A program made the position numbers and the translations under genes. A stretch of 63,199 nucleotides of DNA, the filler included. It is 4 parts of 4 records of this genome, joined end to end, with 100 filler letters (N's around TTAATTAATTAA, not from the genome) between each part and the next. Parts side by side here need not be neighbours in the genome. Positions count along the whole stretch, not along the records: positions 1 to 15,107 come from DRR723986_12560; positions 15,208 to 31,704 come from DRR723986_12561; 2 more parts are not named here. One strand, given 5' to 3'. Within the stretch, counting starts at the first letter, position 1. Every line of letters begins with the position of its first letter. Shown one piece after another: positions 9,259-19,592 of the stretch. The notes beneath the pieces are model-generated. The model saw only the letters and a program-made list of their open reading frames with translations, was not told the DNA's origin and ran no database searches.

Positions 9259-12200
9259 TTAGTTAATAATAATTTGTTTGGACACTTTTTGCGTGTGGTT
9301 GCGAATAGACACGATGTAAGCTGCCGTTGGCAAATGCCTAGCATCGATACGATGTGTTGTCGTGTAGCGCTCTAAATTTTTAGTAAGCACCTTGCGGCCA
9401 TTAATATCATATAATTCTAAAATAGAATCAGTTTCTAAGTTTCCGTTAACAACTATTGTCTTATTACCTGAGATAGAAACTATATTAATCTGATTTGTCT
9501 CAACTTCCTTGATGTTTAAAGTATCTCCATTCTCAAAATGTATGTAAAAACGTCCTGTTCCCGAAATGGTTTCTGTAGTATTTAATATATATGTAGACCC
9601 GTCATTCATTTCTGTCCAAACTCCAGTTGCTCTATCTTCTAGCCAAATAATAATATTATCTGCAATATTAAGATTATCAATACTGAACGTAAGTTGCTGG
9701 CCAGCTTGCGCCTCAACACCAACAGGTATAATACTCGTTTCCATATTATCTAAATGACTGGTTTGTATGGCTAATTTATTAACTGTACCATCTAATGGTG
9801 TTGAGTATAAATTAAAGTTATCACCATCATTTTTTATTAAGGCATCATAACCTAAATCAAAACTTTCTGACACGTCATCTCTGTTAAAGAAATAGAATTC
9901 TGCATGTCTTGCTTTATTACCGTTATTGATATTTAGTCTTAACTTTTGCATATCTAATACTGCAGAACGTGCACCATCTTGTAAGAAATCATCTGCACCA
10001 GAAACCGTTTTCATACTTGGTGTAAAAGTAACTGTAACGTTATCAGTTTTTGCAGCTAAATAGAAGCCTTGGCCAGGTGCTATAGTCACATTATTTGCTG
10101 TAGCCGTAGCTAGATTATAATATGCCCATCCATCGGTATTGTTAACGCCATTGTAACCAAGAACTAAAACATACCCTTCATCTAATACTGCTGTGTTAGC
10201 CTGAATAAATGCTGCAAGGTCAATGTAAGTAGCATACGGGTTGCCAACTACATTCCAACGGCTTTGATTACGACTTAATTGCACAGTAACGTCACCGTTT
10301 ACTAATTCTCCTGTAAATTTTACAGTTTGACTGTTTCCTGCCGGACTTGCAACTCGGTATCCTAAGCCAGACTCGATCGTTGTATCTGTTGATGAAGTAA
10401 ATAAATTACCCCATCCTGTACCACCATTAATGTAAGGGGTGAATGACCAGTACGTACCATTATTAAAAATAGAGGACTGATTATTTGCCATTACACTAGA
10501 CCAACTCTCACCGGTTACTGGCGATGCAATAACATCATTACCATTAGTACCTGCTTCAAAGTTATTTACCCAACGGTTATAAGAAATACTACCAGAAGCT
10601 TCGCCTTGTACCAGCAGACTAGAAAACTCGTCGTGTCCAGAATTTAAAATTGTAGTCCCAGTATCAGTATTTTCAAAATTTTCTGTTGTGGTTAAAGACG
10701 CGTCTTTCTCAATAGTTAGCTCACCATCTACAGTAAAATTCTTTACCGTGACATCCCTATTATCAAATAATTTTAAGTGTGCTCCATTAGCAATTTTTAC
10801 ATTACTAGTTGATGTAGGCACCTCTTTGTAAGACCATTTTTCAGTATTTGTAAACACATCATTCTCATTACCTAACCAGTAGTTACCATCCGTTAACCTA
10901 ATATTATCTACTAAGTATTCTTCATTAGAGTCATGAAAAAATTCTATAATTATTTTTAAGGTGTTTCCTGTGATTGGGTTACCACTGGCATCAACTAAAA
11001 GCCAAGATTTGTTACCGTCTTGGTCATCTACATCACCATCAAAAGAAGCTACGGTTGGTGTAAAAGGAAAAATAAACTCATCTATCAGAACTTTGACTCT
11101 TAAGTAATCAGTATTTTCTGTTCCATCAAACTCTAAATAGGCGCTAAGCTCTAAGTCTGTCTTCCCTGCAATATTAATGGTGTTAGATTCCCATTTGATA
11201 CCTTCTTCATTATTATCTAAATCATCTACTCTAAATAATTTGTTACCACTTTGTGTGTCTACTCCAAAATAATTAGCTTGCCCATTTAAGGTAGCAGACC
11301 ATCCTATACCATTAACATCTGTACCTGTAATAGCCTCATCTGCTTCATCTTCAAAGTCTTCAAAAAAGAGGTATGGACTTTCTATTGGGGTTACCGTAAC
11401 AGTAACACCAGAGCTCCATGTTGTACCTTCTCTTGTAAAGGTTGTTAAATGATAGGTTGTACCATTGGTTAAACCTGTAATGCTTACTGTTTCTGCTGTG
11501 CCTTTATAGACTACATAGCCACCATCAAAAGGTGTACCAGAACCAAAAGTTGCACTAGCAGTGTAGGCAGAGCCGTCTCCAGATGGGGATGTAGTCACTG
11601 CGCTTCCTTGTTTGGCAACCACTAGTACTTCGTCTATAGAGACACAAGTAGCATTTGGGTTTGCCCAAGTAAGTGTCGCTTGGCTATCATCTGTTGTTGC
11701 GCTTGCACCGGTTACATTATTATCTACAGCATCACAATCTAAAGTTCCTGTTAGTTTTACGTCATCAATTTTAAACTGATCACTACTTGTTATAAAAGTG
11801 ATATAAATTTGTAAATTGTCTTCAGCAGTTAAATCATCCGTAAAACTAAATTCGTAAGCTGTATCATCACCTGATCCTCCACTTATTGTTGAGCTACTAC
11901 TATTTACAGATATTTTAGTGGTTCCATTATCTAAGCTGTACCTTAGTTTTATGATGTCTCCGCTTGATGCGCCTTCTCTTACAAACAAGCTTAATTTTAG
12001 ATTATCATATCCAGAAATATTGATAGGGTCTGTATACCAGTCAGCTTCTTCATTATTAGTACGATCTGCTTCAAAATGATGAACACTACCATCCTCATCT
12101 ACGGCAAACTCTACTGGATTGCTATTATTTGGATTTGTATACCATGCAATTTGGTTTACATCGTCTATACCAGAAATATCACCTTGATTTTCATCTTGAA

Positions 12201-14568
12201 AATCTTCATAAAATAAGTCTACAGGAGGATTTGTTACTGTAATATAGTCTACTTTAGTTTCTATATCACTTCCACAACTATTGGTGGCTGTAAGTGTTAC
12301 CGTGAAGGTGCCAGCAGTGTTAAAGGTATGGGTAGGGTTAGTTTGATCAGAAACAGGAGATCCATCGCCAAAATTCCAAGTGTAGCTAACTGCATTTGTA
12401 GAGTTATTAGTAAATGTTATTGATTCGCCTACTTCAATAGTTGTATTGTTAGCTGTAAAAACTGCTTCTGCTGGCGTATTTTCTGTTATTACAACCTCAC
12501 CTGTCATGGTTTGGGTACAGCCACCATCTGTGCGTGTTGCTACTACTGTGTAATTACCAGCGTTACTAAAGTCACCAAAATCAATAGCAGAACCTGTACC
12601 TGCTTCAGCATCACCAACATTGGTATCGTCTCTTAGTAATTGATAAGTAATACCCGTTTGTGAATTATTTAAGCCTATTGCGGTAGTATCTGTATCACCT
12701 GTACAATATTCTAAATTACTACCTGTTACAGCATATGTGATAGGTGCTACGCAAGGAACAAATGGTGCAAGAACACTACACGGTATCACTTCTGAAGGTT
12801 GACTAGTAGACTGCCCTGGTTTTGCCCAACCCACTGCTAAGTTATCAAGACCACCTCCTTCTTTCATTAAGGCTTCAATATAGTATGTTTCGCCCTCTAT
12901 AAGTGCTATAGATGCAGATTTTTGTGTAGAGTATTTATCCCATTGTTGAGGATTAGTCCAAAGATTATGATATGCAATCTTAACTCTATTAGAAGCATTA
13001 TTATCTGTACTTAACCATAGTTCTACATTGTCGTCACCAGCTATCCAAAATATATAATCACCTGTTTGTGGCGCTACAATATTTCCTCTAACTCTTACAC
13101 CGTAATTGTCATCTGTATTCGTCTCAATTTCAAAAGAAGTTAATTGTGATGTTGATGATGGGTTATTAGGGTAATTGCTGTTAGACGTTAAATCTGAAAC
13201 AAATGTACCTTCAATACCATCAAATTTCTCCATTAATAGGGTTTGATTTGAATCACAAGGAATTGTAATTGTTCCTGTAATTTCGATATCATCAAATGCT
13301 ATACCATCTGAGCTATCTCCAGACGTTGCGTAAAAATAATTATCATATTGGCCTAATCTAATTTGAAATGTTGAGGAGACAACTTGACCAGCATTAGCTA
13401 ATACAGCATCTATGTCTAAGTTAGTTATTTGGTTCCATTCTCTATCATCAAAATTTTTTGGTAAAATATCATAGATTTTTATCCAATCTGCCGTGTTGTT
13501 TCCACGAATCCAAACCGCATCACCATTGTTATCTTCATCATCGCCATCAAAGAACCAAAACGATAATTCTAAATCTGTTGCGGTTGTGTAATCAGATAAA
13601 TTTATAGTTTTTATTAAATGATTTTGTGTCCCATTGTTGTTATCATAATAATCTACATCTAAAAGTGCAGCCTTACTGCCGGTGTGGCTTACTTGGTCAA
13701 ATCTCAATCTACCTACATTATCTTCTTGATATTCCCAACAATTACCAACATTTGAATTACTAGTAGTATATGTACCGTCGTTATCTTCAAAACCTTCATT
13801 CCACGGTAATGTTACTGCATCTGTATCTGTACAAGTTATAGGTTTTAAGGCTATGTATATTGCAATCCATCTCTCATTGCCACTTAAATCAACTGAGCCA
13901 TCTTCTGTCTGACCTGCAGTATTAACTATTTTCCATGCTGCGGCTACCGTTGCGTCTCTACCACTGCTTGTATTGTCATCATATAATTCAGACAAACTAT
14001 AACCCCAATTATTGTGTGTTTTATTGTCATTTAGTTGTGTTAACATTATTAATGCACTGTTATCCGTGGTAGTGGTAATAGAATTAACTGAGATGCTGTT
14101 ACCATTACCACTATTTACATTTTTAATTATGTCCAAAGTACTTCCGCTCACATCAACTCCAGAGAAGGCTATTATACTTCCTATAGAACTATTGGCATCA
14201 TTGTCTATGTTAAAAGTATAACTGGATGGTTCTGAGCTGCCCGCTATTTTATACAAGACAGTACCTCTCCATCTATTATTACCATTATTACTTGTGTGAA
14301 TGTAATTTCCTTCAATCTCAGTCCAGCCACTTAATGAAGCATCATCTAAACTATTGCCATCTTGATCAGTTTGAACAATATTAACAATTAAAACGTCACC
14401 GGCAACTACTCCATTAGGTTTGTTAATGGTTAGATCTCCTGAATTGCGGTTAGCTGTTGTTGCACTGCCGCGTTGTGCTATCTGCCCATAAGACATGGTA
14501 GTGGCGGTAAATAACATTATAAATGTTAGTGTTAATCTAAACATTGAATTTAAGTAATTTGTTTTCAT
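9259..14568 (-). CDS. Large T9SS cargo protein with PA14 and PKD domains (adhesin/carbohydrate-binding)
   Basis: Signal peptide; PA14 motifs (DNYGVRVRG, IAGDDNVELWLS, MKEGGG); PKD (WNFGDG, PTHTF..AGTFTVTLT); type A CTD. Confidence 0.9.
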   Translation of the reverse strand: MKTNYLNSMFRLTLTFIMLFTATTMSYGQIAQRGSATTANRNSGDLTINKPNGVVAGDVLIVNIVQTDQDGNSLDDASLSGWTEIEGNYIHTSNNGNNRWRGTVLYKIAGSSEPSSYTFNIDNDANSSIGSIIAFSGVDVSGSTLDIIKNVNSGNGNSISVNSITTTTDNSALIMLTQLNDNKTHNNWGYSLSELYDDNTSSGRDATVAAAWKIVNTAGQTEDGSVDLSGNERWIAIYIALKPITCTDTDAVTLPWNEGFEDNDGTYTTSNSNVGNCWEYQEDNVGRLRFDQVSHTGSKAALLDVDYYDNNNGTQNHLIKTINLSDYTTATDLELSFWFFDGDDEDNNGDAVWIRGNNTADWIKIYDILPKNFDDREWNQITNLDIDAVLANAGQVVSSTFQIRLGQYDNYFYATSGDSSDGIAFDDIEITGTITIPCDSNQTLLMEKFDGIEGTFVSDLTSNSNYPNNPSSTSQLTSFEIETNTDDNYGVRVRGNIVAPQTGDYIFWIAGDDNVELWLSTDNNASNRVKIAYHNLWTNPQQWDKYSTQKSASIALIEGETYYIEALMKEGGGLDNLAVGWAKPGQSTSQPSEVIPCSVLAPFVPCVAPITYAVTGSNLEYCTGDTDTTAIGLNNSQTGITYQLLRDDTNVGDAEAGTGSAIDFGDFSNAGNYTVVATRTDGGCTQTMTGEVVITENTPAEAVFTANNTTIEVGESITFTNNSTNAVSYTWNFGDGSPVSDQTNPTHTFNTAGTFTVTLTATNSCGSDIETKVDYITVTNPPVDLFYEDFQDENQGDISGIDDVNQIAWYTNPNNSNPVEFAVDEDGSVHHFEADRTNNEEADWYTDPINISGYDNLKLSLFVREGASSGDIIKLRYSLDNGTTKISVNSSSSTISGGSGDDTAYEFSFTDDLTAEDNLQIYITFITSSDQFKIDDVKLTGTLDCDAVDNNVTGASATTDDSQATLTWANPNATCVSIDEVLVVAKQGSAVTTSPSGDGSAYTASATFGSGTPFDGGYVVYKGTAETVSITGLTNGTTYHLTTFTREGTTWSSGVTVTVTPIESPYLFFEDFEDEADEAITGTDVNGIGWSATLNGQANYFGVDTQSGNKLFRVDDLDNNEEGIKWESNTINIAGKTDLELSAYLEFDGTENTDYLRVKVLIDEFIFPFTPTVASFDGDVDDQDGNKSWLLVDASGNPITGNTLKIIIEFFHDSNEEYLVDNIRLTDGNYWLGNENDVFTNTEKWSYKEVPTSTSNVKIANGAHLKLFDNRDVTVKNFTVDGELTIEKDASLTTTENFENTDTGTTILNSGHDEFSSLLVQGEASGSISYNRWVNNFEAGTNGNDVIASPVTGESWSSVMANNQSSIFNNGTYWSFTPYINGGTGWGNLFTSSTDTTIESGLGYRVASPAGNSQTVKFTGELVNGDVTVQLSRNQSRWNVVGNPYATYIDLAAFIQANTAVLDEGYVLVLGYNGVNNTDGWAYYNLATATANNVTIAPGQGFYLAAKTDNVTVTFTPSMKTVSGADDFLQDGARSAVLDMQKLRLNINNGNKARHAEFYFFNRDDVSESFDLGYDALIKNDGDNFNLYSTPLDGTVNKLAIQTSHLDNMETSIIPVGVEAQAGQQLTFSIDNLNIADNIIIWLEDRATGVWTEMNDGSTYILNTTETISGTGRFYIHFENGDTLNIKEVETNQINIVSISGNKTIVVNGNLETDSILELYDINGRKVLTKNLERYTTTHRIDARHLPTAAYIVSIRNHTQKVSKQIIIN

Positions 14569-15019
14569 TTTTAAAGTATTTAGGTTAAGTTTTTTTGGTT
14601 TAAGATTTGAAATTTTTTTTGGAGGGATGACACAAATATGCAGTAACGTTTGTGCTTGAATACTACTTTTTGGATGAACTGCACAAAAAATAGTTGAATA
14701 AAAAGAGGTGTTTTATTTTATCGACGAATGGTAATTTTTAAAACCCAAAAAAAATTAAAAACTTGTAATACAGTGTTTTATAATATTTAATTAGTTGCTT
14801 TATAAGAGTTTTTAATGCCGTTTGAGAGTTTTTTTTTCGATAAAAGACTTTATTTTTTCGACCAAATGTAGCAGGTGTAGTGCTTATGTAAATTGGTTGT
14901 TTTTACGCATGTGTCATTCAACGAGTAATTGTTCGATGAAATGCATACTATGAGGATACTAAAAACTATGAAAGGGTCTGTTTTTTAGTTTCAGATGGTC
15001 CTTTAGTATGATTTTGAAG

Positions 15020-15107
15020 AAGCGAAGCGCAAAAAATAGTATCGAGATGTATCTCTATGTAACAAGCTGCTCTGTTTTCGATACACGCTTCGTCACCTCA
15101 GCGCACT
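15020..15107. repeat. REP-like palindromic element at contig end
   Basis: GAAGCG...GTATCGAGA pairs with TTTCGATAC-ACGCTTC; truncated by the gap. Confidence 0.5.
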
Positions 15108-15207
15108 NNNNNNNNNNNNNNNNNNNNNNNNNNNNNNNNNNNNNNNNNNNNTTAATTAATTAANNNNNNNNNNNNNNNNNNNNNNNNNNNNNNNNNNNNN
15201 NNNNNNN
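15108..15207. other. Artificial contig spacer
   Basis: N-run + TTAATTAATTAA + N-run; abrupt GC shift across it. Confidence 0.98.
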
Positions 15208-15208
15208 T

Positions 15209-16381
15209 GCCCATGCCTGCTATGGACACAATTCCTTTTTTAAGGGGAATTACCTGTTTAAGCAGTGGACCAGCGCCGATGCGATAGTCGATTACATGGT
15301 ATTTGCTCGTAAGTATATTTTTGAGTGCGAGCAAAAATATGGCATCGATCGTGTGGAGGAAACCCTCGATGCCTGTCATGCCTTGATGGACCATGGCGTG
15401 GACCGCTACCACCGGCCCTCACCACTTTCAGCGCAGGACGAATTGCGTCGTCAGCATGAGCGCGCAGAGCATGCGCGCAAGCAGTTTGATGATATTTGGC
15501 GAACATTGCCGCGCAAGGAAAAGCAGGGCGATGACGATGCCCCCGCTGAGTCTGCGAATTTTCCCCCTGAGCCCCAGGAAAACTTGCTGTACTTTATCGA
15601 AAAATATTCACCCACCCTGGAAACGTGGCAGCGTGAGATCGTTCGGATCGTGCGTAAGCTCGCGCAGTATTTCTACCCGCAGGGTATGACTAAGGTGATG
15701 AACGAAGGGTGGGCGACGTTTTGGCACTATACCTTGCTCAACACCCTGTACGACCGCGGTTTGGTTGATGACGGCTTTATGTTCGAGATTCTTCAGTCTC
15801 ATACCAATGTGGTCATGCAGCCGGGCTTTGATCACCCCGCGTACAGCGGTATTAACCCCTACGCCCTCGGTTTTGCCATGTTCCGCGACTTGCGCCGTAT
15901 CTGCGAGTCGCCGGATGCTGAGGACCGCGCCTGGTTTCCCGATATTGCGGGGCGAGATTGGCGCGAAGTGCTCGACTTTGCAATGCGCAACTACAAAGAC
16001 GAGTCGTTCATCGCGCAGTATTTGTCGCCAAAATTAATCCGCGAGTTCCACCTTTTTGCCATAGCAGATCAAGCGAAAAACGACTTTGTCGAGGTGGCAG
16101 CAATTCACAATGACGAGGGCTATCGTGACGTCCGGCGCCTGCTGTCACGGCAATACAATCGCGATATTTTGGTACCTGACATCCAGGTACTGCGCTATGA
16201 GCACATGGGCGACCGCTCGCTGCTGCTGCGATACACCCGGTTGCGTGACAGACCGCTTACCGACGATGCCAAAGAAGTGCTGAAGCATTTATCTAAGCTA
16301 TGGGGCTTTACGGTCAGCATGGAAGTGTTTGACGAGCGCGAGGGCGTTGTCGATCGCATCGACGTCAGCCCCGCGCGCTAG
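15209..16381 (+). CDS. spoVR: SpoVR family protein (5' truncated)
   Basis: AHACYGHNSFFK at the contig start, TKVMNEGWATFWH and NPYALGF. Confidence 0.92.
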   Translation, partial: AHACYGHNSFFKGNYLFKQWTSADAIVDYMVFARKYIFECEQKYGIDRVEETLDACHALMDHGVDRYHRPSPLSAQDELRRQHERAEHARKQFDDIWRTLPRKEKQGDDDAPAESANFPPEPQENLLYFIEKYSPTLETWQREIVRIVRKLAQYFYPQGMTKVMNEGWATFWHYTLLNTLYDRGLVDDGFMFEILQSHTNVVMQPGFDHPAYSGINPYALGFAMFRDLRRICESPDAEDRAWFPDIAGRDWREVLDFAMRNYKDESFIAQYLSPKLIREFHLFAIADQAKNDFVEVAAIHNDEGYRDVRRLLSRQYNRDILVPDIQVLRYEHMGDRSLLLRYTRLRDRPLTDDAKEVLKHLSKLWGFTVSMEVFDEREGVVDRIDVSPAR

Positions 16382-16401
16382 GGCCTGGCAGCAAGTGCTA
16401 A

Positions 16402-17214
16402 TTAGCGGCCGCTGAACTCGGGCTTGGTCTTATCAAAAAATGCATTTACCGCCACCATGTGATCCTCTGTTTGGTGGCACTGGGCCTGAACATCGGCGCA
16501 AACGCTCAGGAAATCGTCCAGTTCCTGGCGTTGAGCAAGCTTCATTAGACGTTTGGTTTGCCTAAGTGCTTGTGGCGGCTTGCTGGCATAGGTGTTTGCA
16601 TAGCTTTGGGCGCAGGGCAAGAGTGTGTCGTCTGAGACCTTTTCCAATAACAGGCCCAAAGCGAGTGCTTCGTCTGCCTCAATAATACGCCCGCTGAAGC
16701 TCAACTCGGCGGCACGTTGGTAGCCCACTAAGCGCTGCAGAAACCAGGCTCCGCCGTCACCGGGAATGATTCCCAAATTGATGAAGGTTTCACCAAAGCG
16801 GGTACTGTCACAACCGATACGCAGATCGCACATACAGGCGAGGTCAAAGCCAGCGCCGACCGCAGCGCCATTTACCGCAGCGATAGTAACCACCTCGGCG
16901 TTGTGCATTGCTCTTGAGATGCGTTGAATGCCATTGCGATAACTGGCGCTGATCTCAGCCGGGTTGCCGCCAAACATACCTTGCTTGTCGCGCATTTCCT
17001 TTACATTGCCGCCAGCACTAAAGGCGCGGCCTTCACCAGTGAGAATTAAGCAGGAGATAGCGGGGTTTTGGTTTGCCCAAGTGACGGTATCGCAGATGTC
17101 GTCGATGAGCGCGCTGCCCGTTAGGGCGTTGCGGATGTCGTCGCGCTGGAAACACAATAGTGCGACTCGCCCGTCCACGGTCAAGGTTGCATCGCGCAGC
17201 GTTGGCATGGCCAT
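16402..17214 (-). CDS. Enoyl-CoA hydratase/isomerase family protein
   Basis: AFSAGGNV, IAAVNGAAVGAG and GIIPGDGG crotonase motifs. Confidence 0.92.
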   Translation of the reverse strand: MAMPTLRDATLTVDGRVALLCFQRDDIRNALTGSALIDDICDTVTWANQNPAISCLILTGEGRAFSAGGNVKEMRDKQGMFGGNPAEISASYRNGIQRISRAMHNAEVVTIAAVNGAAVGAGFDLACMCDLRIGCDSTRFGETFINLGIIPGDGGAWFLQRLVGYQRAAELSFSGRIIEADEALALGLLLEKVSDDTLLPCAQSYANTYASKPPQALRQTKRLMKLAQRQELDDFLSVCADVQAQCHQTEDHMVAVNAFFDKTKPEFSGR

Positions 17215-17339
17215 TTGGTTTTCTCCCTCGTTTACGTCGCGGCAATTATGCCATAGCGGCCGCCATCGATAGCAGTGTGTTCACACGGATAGCGAAACAC
17301 CTTTTACCTTGCCTGCGTATACCTAGTCGGAGGTGACCT

Positions 17340-17651
17340 ATGACGAAATGTGAATTTGACGACCTGAATCATTACCCTGTATCTGAGATCGAGGTGCATT
17401 CTCTCGATGGCGGTATGTATGTACTTTCGGCGATTATTGACGGCGGAAGTTTCCCGGTCTATGAGCGCGGCAAGAGGATGGTAACGCGGGACATAACTAG
17501 CCTGCGAAGACGCTTGGCCGACTGTCGTTGCCAAACGTTTTTTCTAATTCAGCGCAGTGCCTACGACGAAATGCTGGGCCAGCCAGTTAAGAGTGAGGAG
17601 ACGGAAATGCGTATCTCGATAGCGCCGCTCAGCGACGAGCATTTAATTTAA
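17340..17651 (+). CDS. Small conserved protein (DUF6482-like)
   Basis: QRSAYDEMLG motif; GGAGG RBS upstream. Confidence 0.7.
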   Translation: MTKCEFDDLNHYPVSEIEVHSLDGGMYVLSAIIDGGSFPVYERGKRMVTRDITSLRRRLADCRCQTFFLIQRSAYDEMLGQPVKSEETEMRISIAPLSDEHLI

Positions 17652-17675
17652 GGCGGGGTGAAGACGGCTGCCGCA

Positions 17676-18329
17676 TTAGCGGCAGCTCTGGCTTAGAAAC
17701 TCATTTCGCGTGCTGGGGTCGCTTTTAAAACTGCCACCCAGAGCTGTGGTTTGCGTACGTGAGTTAGTGTCCATGACGCCGCGACTTTTCACGCAGTAGT
17801 GAATCGCATCGATGGTAACGGCAACATCTTCAGTCTCTAGCAATGTTTGCAGAGCGACCAACACTTGTTGGGTAAGGCGCTCTTGCACCTGCGGCCGCTG
17901 CGCAAAGAAACGCACAATACGGTTAATCTTCGACAGTCCAATCACCTTCTCGCCGGGAATATAGGCGACCGTGGCTTCACCATCGATAGTAACGAAGTGG
18001 TGCTCGCAGGTGCTTGTTACGCTAACGCCACTGACCTTTACCATTTCTTCGACACGCATTTTGTTGTCGATATTGGTGATTTTCGGGAAGTTGTTGTAAT
18101 CCAAGCCACAAAAAATTTCATCTACATACATTTTCGCAATCCGCGATGGGGTTTCTTCAAGGCTGTCATCACTGAGATCGAGGCCGAGGGTTTCCATAAC
18201 ACCCAGCATCAAGTCGGCGATCCGCTGCTTTTTTTGGTCGTCATTCAGTGAGCTTTGGGGGCGCATCGGTGTTTCTAGGCCCGCTTCCAGTAATGCGCTG
18301 TGTACGGCATTGGCTTCCTTGGAAATCAT
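17676..18329 (-). CDS. folE: GTP cyclohydrolase I
   Basis: [22 protein letters not shown] and HYCVKSRG. Confidence 0.97.
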   Translation of the reverse strand: MISKEANAVHSALLEAGLETPMRPQSSLNDDQKKQRIADLMLGVMETLGLDLSDDSLEETPSRIAKMYVDEIFCGLDYNNFPKITNIDNKMRVEEMVKVSGVSVTSTCEHHFVTIDGEATVAYIPGEKVIGLSKINRIVRFFAQRPQVQERLTQQVLVALQTLLETEDVAVTIDAIHYCVKSRGVMDTNSRTQTTALGGSFKSDPSTRNEFLSQSCR

Positions 18330-18494
18330 GTTTTCGTCTCGTGTTGTTTTTCATCGTTTACGCAATTTACAGATATTTGGTTTCCTGACCGGTAAATCAA
18401 GTTAGTACTCGTCTCGGTCGGTTTGTGTCTCAGCCGCAAGCCGCAGTATTTGCGCCTACACTGGTAAGAGGATGGAAAAAGGTGAGGCGAAAAG

Positions 18495-19574
18495 ATGGCC
18501 GAACAGAGCGAGCACTGGGCAGCAAACAGTGCTGACTACCAAAGAGCATGCTTGCTGGGCGGGGCGGTAGGTGACGCGCTGGGCGCCCCGGTGCAGTTCT
18601 TTAGTCTCGACGATATTGTGCAGCAGTACGGAGAGCGGGGTGTACTCGACTATATGCCGGCCTACGGAAGGAAGGGAGCGGTCACCGACGACACGCAACG
18701 CCTTATGTTCACCGCCGAAGGGATACTCCGCTACCGCGTGGCGAGCGCGAGAGGCGAGCAGCCAGATTTGCGAAGTTTTATTCATCGCGCGGACTTACGT
18801 TGGCTATCCACGCAGACCACAACCACCACAGGGCAGCAGCGCAGTTTCTTATTGGCAGAGCGCGGGCTCTACAGTCAGCGAGCAGCGCGCGATAGCTTTC
18901 TGGCGGTGTTAAGTAAAAGTCAGCAGGGCGGCGTAACGGCTGACAACCAGTACCAGTTCGGTGCCGGTTTGAGCCGAATTGCGCCCCTCGCCGTGCACTT
19001 TGTTAGTGATACGCGCAAATTCTGGGGAGAGGCGCTGCGTGCTGAAATGTTCTCGCTCAGCGCCGATATCAGCGCCCTCAGCGATGGCCACGTTAATGGT
19101 CGTTTAACCGGCGGCGCACTGGGCATACTGATACTTGGCTTGTTGTATGGTCACCCGCCTGAGGCGTGCCTGGCGCGGATCGACGAGCAGCTGCGCCCCA
19201 ACAAGGACAGCCAAGCCTTGCGCCGAGCTATCGATCACGCCGTTGAATTGGCCAATGCCCAGCCGAACTCGGCCAGTGCCGCAGAATCCCTCTGTGGCGA
19301 CTCTATGGCCCTGGACGTGTTTTCCGTTGCCTTGTACTCACTGCTGTGCGCCGAGGACTTTGCCTCTGGTCTGGTGCTGTCGGTTAATCACAGTGGTTTA
19401 AGTGACAGCTGCGGCGCGTTGGCGGGGCAGCTATTGGGTGCCTGGCGCGGCCTCGATGATATTCCACAGCATTGGCTACAAGACCTTGAGCATAAAGCGC
19501 TGCTAGACTGCTTGGCAGCGGACTTTTTGAAGTCCCCCGAAGACCCGCTAATGAAGCAACGTTATGGTGGTTAA
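18495..19574 (+). CDS. ADP-ribosylglycohydrolase family protein (partly degenerate motifs)
   Basis: GAVGDALGAP, TDDTQ and NHSGLSDS. Confidence 0.85.
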   Translation: MAEQSEHWAANSADYQRACLLGGAVGDALGAPVQFFSLDDIVQQYGERGVLDYMPAYGRKGAVTDDTQRLMFTAEGILRYRVASARGEQPDLRSFIHRADLRWLSTQTTTTTGQQRSFLLAERGLYSQRAARDSFLAVLSKSQQGGVTADNQYQFGAGLSRIAPLAVHFVSDTRKFWGEALRAEMFSLSADISALSDGHVNGRLTGGALGILILGLLYGHPPEACLARIDEQLRPNKDSQALRRAIDHAVELANAQPNSASAAESLCGDSMALDVFSVALYSLLCAEDFASGLVLSVNHSGLSDSCGALAGQLLGAWRGLDDIPQHWLQDLEHKALLDCLAADFLKSPEDPLMKQRYGG

Positions 19575-19592
19575 TTAAGGGAAGGGCGCTCT

